Shown here: positions 39,928-47,651 of the stretch, piece by piece
How the letters are laid out: each line of letters begins with the position of its first letter
Position numbering within the stretch: position 1 is the stretch's first letter
The notes under the pieces: generated by a model
Databases searched by the model: none
The model's input: only the letters and a program-made list of their open reading frames with translations
Told to the model about the DNA's origin: nothing
Position numbers and translations under genes: made by a program
Assembly (NCBI GenBank): GCA_965224025.1
Contig: OZ245033.1
Span: forward strand, 2,336,001 to 2,400,000
Direction: 5' to 3'
From: Candidatus Multivorans sp.
GTDB lineage: Bacteria > Acidobacteriota > Thermoanaerobaculia > Multivoradales > Multivoraceae
Length of the DNA: 64,000 bases

Positions 39928-40283
39928 GGACTGAAGTCCTCCACCAGATCCACCTCCATGTCCCGGCGCGTCGCCGACACGTACGACGGACCGCTGAAAC
40001 GCTCACAGCGCCACTGGGCGTCAGGCATCCCCGGAGGCAGCGGATCGGGCGACAGGAACGGCTCGTGGCCGCCGCGGGCCTCCAGGAACGTCTTGAGCGA
40101 TTCCGCGTCGGCCGCCAGGATGCTCCGGTACACGCACCGGTACCGCCGCTGCACGTTGTGGACGCCGTCCGCCGCCACCTGCTCGTAGCCGCCGCCCAGG
40201 CGAGCCCGCCGCAGCCTGAAGGCCGTTCGCGGACCCGAACCCTTAGACATGCCGATCGACGGCAAACGGATCGCCGCGGGCAT
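39924..40283 (-). CDS. Phage minor tail protein M (distal tail)
   Basis: LGGGYEQVAADGVHN and FLEARGGHEPF motifs; lies between the tape measure gene and L. Confidence 0.85.
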   Translation of the reverse strand: MPAAIRLPSIGMSKGSGPRTAFRLRRARLGGGYEQVAADGVHNVQRRYRCVYRSILAADAESLKTFLEARGGHEPFLSPDPLPPGMPDAQWRCERFSGPSYVSATRRDMEVDLVEDFSP

Positions 40284-43243
40284 CAGGCCGCCCGGTCCGT
40301 GCGGTTGAGCGCCCCGCCGGGGCGCTGCTCGTCCAGCAACAACTCGCGGATCACCGGCCGCAGCGCCCGCGTCAGCCCGTAGGCCGCCTCGCGGCCGAAG
40401 GAATCGGGATCGTCGATGCCCGCGGGCGCCTGGACGGTGACGCCGCCGACATTGATCTCGATCACGCGGCCGCCGCCGCCGATCGCCTCCACGCCCAGAC
40501 GGCCGCCCACGCCGCGGCGAAGCGGCAGGATCGCCTCCAGACCCGCCTCGCCGGCGACGCCGCGGCGGCCGCCGCCGAAACCGAACTCGCTCCGCCGGTC
40601 GATGACGCCGCCGTAACGGAACGCCGTCGGCGGCGCCTGCGCGCGGATCGCGGCGATCTGGAGGGCGCCGGCCGCGGCGACCGCGGCGGCCAGGACGAAG
40701 TTGAGCGGCGGATCCTTCGCGAGCGCCCGGCTGACGCCTTCGGCCGTCGAGACGACGGCGGTTGCGAGCGACGCCGCCTTCTGAAACCGGAATGCGCGCT
40801 TGGACTGTCCGGCGAAGTGCCCCAGGCTCCCCGTGATGCGACGCAGCGCCTCGCCGGTCACGCCGAGCGCTTCGTCCAGGCCGCTTACGGATGCCGTGTA
40901 CCCAATCGTGCCGCCCGTCAGATCCGGCAGCATCTCCAGGCTGCCGGCGGCCGCCGTCTGGACCTTCTCTCGCGCTGCCGACTCGGCCTCCAGCGCGGTG
41001 ACGAGCTCGCCGCGGCGCAGCGTTTCCTCGTACACCGCGTTGATCACGTCCGGCGCCGCTTGCGGATACCGCTCCAGGATGTCCTGCAGCAGCTCCCGCT
41101 CCTCCCGCTCACGTTCGATCCGCTGGAACGCGACCTCCCCGCCCGCCGCGATGCGCGCGTTCTCGTCAGCGAGCTGCGCCAGGACATCGATCGCGGCCTG
41201 CCGATTCGCCGTCGCCTTCGCCTCGGCCGCCGCGAGCTTCTCCGCGGCCGCGGCGGCGCGCTCGTATACCTTCTCGACCGACGCATCCCGGATCCGAGCG
41301 GCTCGCTGCAGCAACCGCTCGCGCTGCTCGCCGTCCGCTACCGACTCGATTTTCCGGACGTTCGCCTGGTAGTCGAGCTGAATCCGCTCCCGCTCCGTCG
41401 CGAGCTGCCGCTCGAGCCTCAGCACTTCGGCCAGACGATCCCCCTCCGCCTCGACGGCGCGGTCCAGGTCCTCGGCTGCGAGCTCGCCGCCGCCGGATCC
41501 GAACTCGCGCGCGGCGAGCCTGGCGACCGTCACGCCGTCCTCGGTCGCGATCCTGATGGCCGAAACCGCCGCCGCGGCAGACGCCTCGACCAGGTCGACC
41601 TGGGCGGCCGAAAAGCGGCCGAGCCGCTGCCGGAGGGCGTCCAGATTGCCCTGGACAGTGTCCACCTCGGCCTCCGCCAGGGACACCCTCCGTGCGTCGA
41701 CGAGATTCGGATCGCCGCCGAGCCGGCCGCCGGCCCCGACACCGCCGATCCGCGCCCGCAGCAGACGGTCCCGGGCGTCCTCGAGCTCCTGGACAGCCGC
41801 GTCGATCCGGTCCTCGATGCCGATCCGCACCGCCTCCCGTTGCGCTTCGGTCAGTGCCTCCAGTTCCTCGCGGGTCTCTCTGATCGAGTCGCCCCAACGG
41901 TCAAAACCTTCCGGCAGAACGGCCAGGCTGTCGTCGAGATCCCGGTTCGCGCGCACGAGCTCGACCACGCCGTAGGCGGCGAGCAGCGCCAGGCCGACCG
42001 GACCACCCAGGAAAGCCATCGCGGCGCTCAGTCCGCGCGTGGCCGTCGTCGCAGTGCGCGTGGCCGCCGTGTACACCCCGGCCGCGACAGCTCCCCGCTG
42101 CTGAGCGATCGCCTGGGCGCGCGTCGCCTGGGCCGCGGTCAGCGCCGCGGGCCGCAGCGCCTCGAGTGCCCGGCGGCCGGCATCCGTCGCCGCCGCGTAC
42201 CGGAGCAGCCGAACAACAGAGATTGCAGCCGTCGCCTGCGCAAGCGCGGTCAACGCGCGCGGATTGATCGTCTCGAGCACGGACGCCACGCCGCCGAGAG
42301 AAGCGGAGGCTAGATCCGCGGCGAGCGACGTCTCCGCCGACCGCCCGATCAGGACCGTGAGAGCGTTGTCGATCCTCGTCCGCGCCTGGTCGAACGTCGC
42401 CCCGGCCCGGTCGAACTCCGCCTGCAGCTCCGGCAAGCCGGCCTCGATCGCCTCGAAGAACTCCCGGCTCTCCACCTCCCCGTCACGGACCTGTTGCCGC
42501 AACCGCGCCACCGAGCCGCCGGCGCCGTCAATGTGCCTGGCGGCCACCCGCAAGAGCACGGGCATGCCGTCGATCAGGCTGTTGAACTCCTCCGCCTCGA
42601 CCCGGCCGCTTCCGAGCGCCTGGGCCAGCTGCAGCAGCGATCCCCCCGCCTGCGCCGAGGAGGTGCCCTGCACCGCGAGAGACTGCGAGACGCCCTCCGT
42701 CACCGCGAGCAACCGCGCCTGCGACGCATCGAGTTCGGACGACGACAGCTCCAACCGCTGGTACAACTGGGCGACCCCGCCCAGTGAACCGCGGGTCCGT
42801 TGCGCCACGGCGTACACGGCCTGCAGCGTCTCGGCGTAGTTGCCCTCGGCCGCCGACGCCTGCCGCGCGCTGTTCGTCACCTGGGTGTAGGCGTCCGCGC
42901 GGCGGATCACCGATCCGATGCCGCGGCGGAGGACTTCCACGCCCGCAAACCCGGCCAGGTATCGGACGTGACGGCCATGAGCTTCCAGGAACGTCTTGCC
43001 GGCCCGGTCCGTCGCCTCCGTCACCTGGTCGGTTGCCCGCGCCATGCCCCGCGACACCGTCGATACGACCTGCCCCTGGGCCCCGTAGAGCCGGAACGCG
43101 CCGGCCGCGCCGCGCGATGCCGCGGCGCCCCGGACCTGGGCCGCCGACAAGCGGTTGACCTGGCCTTCCAGGGCCCTGATGCGGGGCTGGCCGTTGACGT
43201 CGACGTCGACGCGAATTCCCAGGCGAAGATCGCGCTCAGGCAT
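40283..43243 (-). CDS. Tape measure protein
   Basis: QLAQALGSGRVEAEEFNSL tape-measure domain, Ala-rich helical body and C-terminal GEAGLEAILPL. Confidence 0.93.
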   Translation of the reverse strand: MPERDLRLGIRVDVDVNGQPRIRALEGQVNRLSAAQVRGAAASRGAAGAFRLYGAQGQVVSTVSRGMARATDQVTEATDRAGKTFLEAHGRHVRYLAGFAGVEVLRRGIGSVIRRADAYTQVTNSARQASAAEGNYAETLQAVYAVAQRTRGSLGGVAQLYQRLELSSSELDASQARLLAVTEGVSQSLAVQGTSSAQAGGSLLQLAQALGSGRVEAEEFNSLIDGMPVLLRVAARHIDGAGGSVARLRQQVRDGEVESREFFEAIEAGLPELQAEFDRAGATFDQARTRIDNALTVLIGRSAETSLAADLASASLGGVASVLETINPRALTALAQATAAISVVRLLRYAAATDAGRRALEALRPAALTAAQATRAQAIAQQRGAVAAGVYTAATRTATTATRGLSAAMAFLGGPVGLALLAAYGVVELVRANRDLDDSLAVLPEGFDRWGDSIRETREELEALTEAQREAVRIGIEDRIDAAVQELEDARDRLLRARIGGVGAGGRLGGDPNLVDARRVSLAEAEVDTVQGNLDALRQRLGRFSAAQVDLVEASAAAAVSAIRIATEDGVTVARLAAREFGSGGGELAAEDLDRAVEAEGDRLAEVLRLERQLATERERIQLDYQANVRKIESVADGEQRERLLQRAARIRDASVEKVYERAAAAAEKLAAAEAKATANRQAAIDVLAQLADENARIAAGGEVAFQRIEREREERELLQDILERYPQAAPDVINAVYEETLRRGELVTALEAESAAREKVQTAAAGSLEMLPDLTGGTIGYTASVSGLDEALGVTGEALRRITGSLGHFAGQSKRAFRFQKAASLATAVVSTAEGVSRALAKDPPLNFVLAAAVAAAGALQIAAIRAQAPPTAFRYGGVIDRRSEFGFGGGRRGVAGEAGLEAILPLRRGVGGRLGVEAIGGGGRVIEINVGGVTVQAPAGIDDPDSFGREAAYGLTRALRPVIRELLLDEQRPGGALNRTDRAA

Positions 43244-43275
43244 CTGCTACGCTGTCCTCGATGGCCCGGGACAAG

Positions 43276-43455
43276 ATGGCGGAACGCTTCGTCGGCATCG
43301 GCACCGGCGTGGTGCTGGGCGGGCTCGTGCTCTCGGAGATCTGGCCGGCCGCCGGCGCGGCGCTCGTGTTCGCGGTCGGTGGCGCGCTCGCCTTTTCCGG
43401 CCTCTGCTTCCTGCTCGGCCTGATGGGCGCCCTTTCCGGCCCCGTCCGGCGCTGA
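43276..43455 (+). CDS. Small hydrophobic membrane protein antisense to the tail operon (moron-like)
   Basis: 59 aa with two TM-like segments, in the gap between the chaperone and tape measure genes. Confidence 0.5.
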   Translation: MAERFVGIGTGVVLGGLVLSEIWPAAGAALVFAVGGALAFSGLCFLLGLMGALSGPVRR

Positions 43456-43571
43456 CCGCGTTCTTCAGCCTGAGCCGGCATCGTCGGCCGCCTCGGTTGC
43501 GGCCGTCGCGGCCAGCAAACGCGCGAGCCGTTCGCGCGGTGCAGGGCCTGCAGACCAGCCCGATCGCATCA

Positions 43572-44281
43572 TCACCATTGCCTCCCCTCGTCAGCAGTCG
43601 CTCGGCGATCGAGCTCCTTCAGCACCGCGGCCTCGATGGCGCCCACGCCGGCGAACACCCGGCGCCAGCGCAGCCGCCGGCCGCGCCTCTCCATCCCGCC
43701 GCCGTCCGCCCTCACCGCCCGAAGCGCGGCCCGGACCGCGGCGTAGTCCAGGCCGACGTATCCCGCGGGACCTGTCCGCCACTGTGTCTGCGCAGCCAGA
43801 AACACCCGCACCGCATCCCAGTTTTCCGGCAGCACCCAACATGAATCGTCCTCGCCCGGGAGTTCGCCCTCGATCCGGATTCCCAGCGCCGCGGCGTCTG
43901 CCGCTACCTCGTCGCCCCCTGAGCGGCCGGCGCACCAGTGCCGTCCGACGGCACGGAGGTTTTTCCCGGCAGGCCAGCCTGGAAACGCGCGTGAGCGTTG
44001 ATCGCCGCGCGCACGAAGTAGGGAATCCGCGCCAGCAGAGCGATGGTCTCGGGCGTGCACTCCAGCGGCTTGCCCTCGGCGTCCGAGACTTCGTCCCAAT
44101 CGTCGATCGCCGCCGCGAGATACGCCTCGTCGCTCTCGAGAGCCAGCTCACGGGCCCGGTCCGCGGACAGCAGCCGGAAGTGCAGCGTGCATTCCTGGCG
44201 CTCCGTACCGCCGGACGTCGGGACGTCGATCGGCGCCGGCGTCGGGTACGTCGCGTACGGATCGGCCAACCTGAACGTCAT
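43572..44281 (-). CDS. Tail assembly chaperones G (43904-44281) and GT via -1 frameshift
   Basis: G ends ...LPGKTSV. Slippery G-GGA-AAA at 43961-43967. The -1 frame continues GKNL...VLPENWDAVRVFLAAQTQWR...GLDYAAV (DUF1799-like). Confidence 0.85.
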
Positions 44282-45264
44282 CGGACCGACACCGTGATCT
44301 CGTCGTTGCCGGCCATCGGGAGCGCCCGGAACGGGATGCTCACCTGCTGGATGCCGCTGTCCTCGCCGTACGTCGGCTCCCCGATCTGGATGCGCGGACA
44401 GTCGATCTCGATCAATTTGCCCACGCTCGCGGCGGTGTCCGGACCGCCGTGGACGATCTCGAGCGCGTCCGTCGTGCCCGCCGCGGCCACGTCGAACGGG
44501 TTCCAGGTGGCGAGCGGCGACATGTCGAGCACGATCGTCCCGCTGGGATCGCGGTCCACGATCACCACCTCGTTGTCGGCGCCGATCACCTCGCGGTGCG
44601 TCACCTCGGCGGCCAGGTCGAGTTCGAACGACCGCATCTTGAGATTCGCCTGGCCGAACAGGCTCACGGTCGGCGTGTCCCGCGTCGACCCCGGGCGCGG
44701 CGCCTTGAACGCGGCGTAGTCGCCGGCGATCGCCGCCACGCTCGACGGAACCCGCCAGAGGCCGGTCAGCGTGAACCGCAGTCTCGGGATGTCCGCGGCC
44801 CGCAGGCTGAGCGCCACGCTGCCGCGGCAGCCGGCCAGCACGTGCTGCTGGCCGTCCCAGTTGCCGCGCACCGTCAGCGACGGCTCGGAGCCGGTGATCG
44901 GCTTGTACTCGACGAGGTTGTTGTGCGGATCGGCGGCGGCCTTCTTCTTCGAAGTCTCCGAGAATCCGCACGCGCGCAGCAGCCGGCCCCACCTCGGCGC
45001 CGTGATCGCCTTGGCGGCCGGATCGTATTTCCCGGGGCCGGCCAGCTCCACGCCGAACTCGATCTGTTGGTGGGTGTTGACCGGGATCTGGTCCGAGGAG
45101 CCGTAGTAGCTCCGCACCAGGTCACGGTCGGCCGTGCCGCCCGTCAGCGGCGTCAGCGACGGGTCGTGGGCAAGCATCGCGTCCGCGCCCGCCGTGGCCA
45201 CGGTGGTGCCGTAGACGGCCTCGATCGCCGCCAGGATCAGCTTTCGTCTCGCGCTCAGCGCCAT
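44278..45264 (-). CDS. Phage major tail tube protein
   Basis: RKLILAAIEAVYGT, ELAGPG..APRWGRLLRACGF and C-terminal GNDEITV; position upstream of the chaperones. Confidence 0.85.
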   Translation of the reverse strand: MALSARRKLILAAIEAVYGTTVATAGADAMLAHDPSLTPLTGGTADRDLVRSYYGSSDQIPVNTHQQIEFGVELAGPGKYDPAAKAITAPRWGRLLRACGFSETSKKKAAADPHNNLVEYKPITGSEPSLTVRGNWDGQQHVLAGCRGSVALSLRAADIPRLRFTLTGLWRVPSSVAAIAGDYAAFKAPRPGSTRDTPTVSLFGQANLKMRSFELDLAAEVTHREVIGADNEVVIVDRDPSGTIVLDMSPLATWNPFDVAAAGTTDALEIVHGGPDTAASVGKLIEIDCPRIQIGEPTYGEDSGIQQVSIPFRALPMAGNDEITVSVR

Positions 45265-45277
45265 GACCGTCCCTCCG

Positions 45278-45706
45278 TCATTCCTGCTCCACTTCCTGCT
45301 CCCGCAGCTCCGTCACGTGCCAGACGTCCAGCCACCACTGCTCCTCTTTCCTCGCGGCCGGCTGCAGCCGGCCGCGGCGGTGCTCCACCCGCCCCCACGC
45401 CGAGTCCGGCTGCCAGCCCAGCACGGCCCGGCGCACCTCGGAGCGGGCCGCCTCGATCTCCGTCGCGGCGCCCTCGCCGCGGTCGTCCCGCCGGTTGCGC
45501 GCCCTGAGCAGGACGCCGATCTCGACATCCACGACCTGACGGACGAGGCCGACGACATCCGAGGGGCGCGAATCGTCCGCCAACAGGAACACCCAGGCGG
45601 AGTCGCGTCGCGCCGACCGCTGCGCCGCCGCCTCGCTCAGGGCGCCGCGCACCTCGAGGTCCGTCCGCGCGCGCAGCCGCGCCGCGAACTCCGACACGAG
45701 GGTCAC
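45278..45706 (-). CDS. Putative tail terminator protein
   Basis: VRRAVLGWQPD motif; position upstream of the tube gene. Confidence 0.65.
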   Translation of the reverse strand: MTLVSEFAARLRARTDLEVRGALSEAAAQRSARRDSAWVFLLADDSRPSDVVGLVRQVVDVEIGVLLRARNRRDDRGEGAATEIEAARSEVRRAVLGWQPDSAWGRVEHRRGRLQPAARKEEQWWLDVWHVTELREQEVEQE

Positions 45707-45810
45707 CGCGCATAGCCGCCCCCGGACGGCGAGTCGACGAAGCCGGCCAGCGACCGGCGCGTGAAGACGCGCTCCGGCGCGTCGATCCGGATGCCGCTGC
45801 CGGCGTCCGC
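45703..45810 (-). pseudogene. C-terminal remnant of a Mu gp36-like head-tail protein
   Basis: ADAGSGIRIDAPERVFTRRSLAGF...*, with the stop overlapping the GTG of the next gene. Truncated at the strand switch. Confidence 0.45.
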
Positions 45811-46347
45811 CTACTGCCGGCTGACTGGGTGCGCCGCGCAAACCTCGGACCCGGCGTCACGGTGAGGGCGGCCGGCCGCTCAAAGCGACGGAGCGGCTCC
45901 TACTCCTCGGCGCACAAGCACGTCAATATCTACGCTGGAGCGGACGACAGTACTCTGCTGCACGAGTACGTCCATCATCTCCAGGAAATGCACCCCGACA
46001 TCGACGGGCTGTTCTACGCCTTTCATCGCCGGCAGACACGAGCCGGGCGCGGCCGGTACGTCGGCACTTACCGGTTCAGAGGCTATGCCGAAACCGAGTA
46101 CGACTACCGCGGCTGGCCAAGTTACGGCAGTGTAGTCGGCGGCGTCGAGGCGATGGGGCGCGCACGCTACGGCCCACGACGAGGCGCTGCGGACGAAGCC
46201 GGTCTCTACGGACATCCTAAGGAACTGATGACGACAGCGCTGCGGTCCATCCTCACCGGATGGCCGCCTGGATCGCTGAACAAGATGATCATGGAAGATC
46301 GCGAACTCTTCGAGTTCGTCCTTGGCCTGCTAGGATGGGAACCGTGA
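45811..46347 (+). pseudogene. C-terminal HEXXH metallopeptidase-like domain, probably from a MuF head-morphogenesis protein
   Basis: LPADWVRRAN...LLHEYVHHLQE...ELMTTAL...DRELFEFVLGLL. No start upstream; lies two genes before a gpG-like gene. Confidence 0.55.
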
Positions 46348-46718
46348 GGCACGCAATCGAACATGTCCGAAAGGGCGTCTGGGCACCGGCCGTCATGGTC
46401 TGGGACGACCTGGCCGGCACCCTTGAGTGGACCCGCGGACCGGACGTCGAGGACCCGATGAATCCGATCCTGATGCAGGCCGTGGTCGACTCGGTCGAGC
46501 GGGTCCGCAGAGAGGGCCGCATCGTCCTCCAGACAGAACCCGAGCCCCACCGCTTCGTCCTCGAGGACGCCGCCCACGACCCGGCCGACTTCCTGCGCCT
46601 GATCGACTATGAACAAGGCTGGATTCGCTGCGGCGACGTACGCCTGCCGCCGTCGCTCCAGGACGTTGAGATGACGCCGCCCGAGGTCTTCGATCTGCCG
46701 CCCGGCGTGATCGCCTGA
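46344..46718 (+). CDS. Hypothetical protein coupled to the peptidase domain (candidate immunity protein)
   Basis: GTGA overlap with the peptidase stop; 124 aa, acidic. Confidence 0.55.
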   Translation: MRHAIEHVRKGVWAPAVMVWDDLAGTLEWTRGPDVEDPMNPILMQAVVDSVERVRREGRIVLQTEPEPHRFVLEDAAHDPADFLRLIDYEQGWIRCGDVRLPPSLQDVEMTPPEVFDLPPGVIA

Positions 46719-46747
46719 CGGCCCGGGACTGAGGAGCCACGCCTCAA

Positions 46748-47206
46748 TTGACGACGATCGACATCACGGTCGACGACGACGCGGTCTCCTCGGCGCTCGG
46801 TCGGCTCCAGCAGCGCGCCTCCGATTTGTCGCCCGCGATGGCAGTCGTTGCCTCCCTGCTGCGCGAGAGCGCCGAAGAGAGTTTCGAGCGCCAGGCCGCC
46901 TCCGACGGCACGCCTTGGGCGCCGCTCGCGCCGGCCACGGCAGCCCGTAAGGCCCGCAAGGGCTACTCCCCCCTGGCACTTGTGCGCGACGGTTACCTGC
47001 GCAGCCTCACCGCGCTGTCGACCCCTACTACGGCCGTCGCCGGCACCAACCTCATCTATGCCGCCACCCATCAGTTCGGCCACGAGCACGACAACCTGTT
47101 CGGCCGCGGCATCGAGGCCACGATCCCCGCTCGCCCCTTCCTCGGCCTGCGGCGCGACTACGTGGACGACATCGTCGACGTCATCATTCAGCACCTCACG
47201 GCCTAG
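46748..47206 (+). CDS. Phage virion morphogenesis protein (Mu gpG-like)
   Basis: DGTPWAPLAPAT, GTNLIYAATHQFG and IPARPFLG motifs. Confidence 0.9.
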   Translation: MTTIDITVDDDAVSSALGRLQQRASDLSPAMAVVASLLRESAEESFERQAASDGTPWAPLAPATAARKARKGYSPLALVRDGYLRSLTALSTPTTAVAGTNLIYAATHQFGHEHDNLFGRGIEATIPARPFLGLRRDYVDDIVDVIIQHLTA

Positions 47207-47391
47207 AAACGTCCCGCCAGATTCCGCGAAATTCCCGTTGGTACCGCCAACACCCTGTTGACGCCGTCCCTTCGGTCGCCGATTTGCGCAGCGTTTCTCG
47301 CACGAGATCTCTGCGGGTTTCTCCAATTTCTCTACTGTGTGAGCCACTAGCTGAGCCGCCCCCCCGCGTCCGACGGGCGTAGCGCAATCAC

Positions 47392-47421
47392 TTGACACCC
47401 CAGCGCCTTCCGGTGTCTAAT
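47392..47421 (+). promoter_or_regulatory. Putative sigma70 promoter of the aro-his-trp operon
   Basis: TTGACA at 47392, 18 nt spacer, TCTAAT at 47416. Confidence 0.55.
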
Positions 47422-47466
47422 CCGGCGTTCTGGAACACTTCGGTTCCCAGCGACCTTCGCCACGCC

Positions 47467-47571
47467 ATGAATACACCGGCCCGCGACATCGTGATCTCGA
47501 CCGTCTCCGTCGCTTCGACGACCAGCGTCGCGTCGAAGGTCTGGTGGGCTCACGGTCACGGCAAGGGCTGA
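47467..47571 (+). CDS. Leader peptide with tandem Trp and two His codons
   Basis: MNTPARDIVISTVSVASTTSVASKVWWAHGHGKG*. TGG TGG GCT CAC GGT CAC cluster just before the stop, upstream of the his/trp genes. Confidence 0.8.
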   Translation: MNTPARDIVISTVSVASTTSVASKVWWAHGHGKG

Positions 47572-47617
47572 ATCCGGGCCAAGTCCCGGTTCGTGGTCCG
47601 GGACGAGGGTGAACTAA

Positions 47618-47649
47618 GAAGACCTCCTTTCGGATCGAAGGAGGTCTTC
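47618..47649 (+). terminator. Attenuator / SD-sequestering hairpin
   Basis: 12 bp stem GAAGACCTCCTT / AAGGAGGTCTTC. The 3' arm contains AAGGAGG 7 nt before TTG 47652. The U-tract is weak. Confidence 0.75.
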
Positions 47650-47651
47650 CG

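Larger units (their letters stand above)
32297..47335. mobile_element. Defective prophage / tail-only module (lambda-like non-contractile tail with Mu-like morphogenesis remnants)
   Basis: Contiguous tail terminator, tube, chaperones, tape measure, M, L, K and I-J genes. No terminase, portal, capsid, lysis or replication genes are seen. Confidence 0.85.

Noticed and set aside
32200-47400. att direct repeats or a tRNA integration site for the prophage remnant
   Set aside because: No tRNA and no convincing direct repeat were found by eye at either boundary; only the inverted motif is reported.
47400-47650. T-box riboswitch or tRNA/SRP RNA in the operon leader
   Set aside because: No T-box consensus (AAUUxGGUGGxACC) or cloverleaf was seen. 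The leader-peptide model explains the region better.
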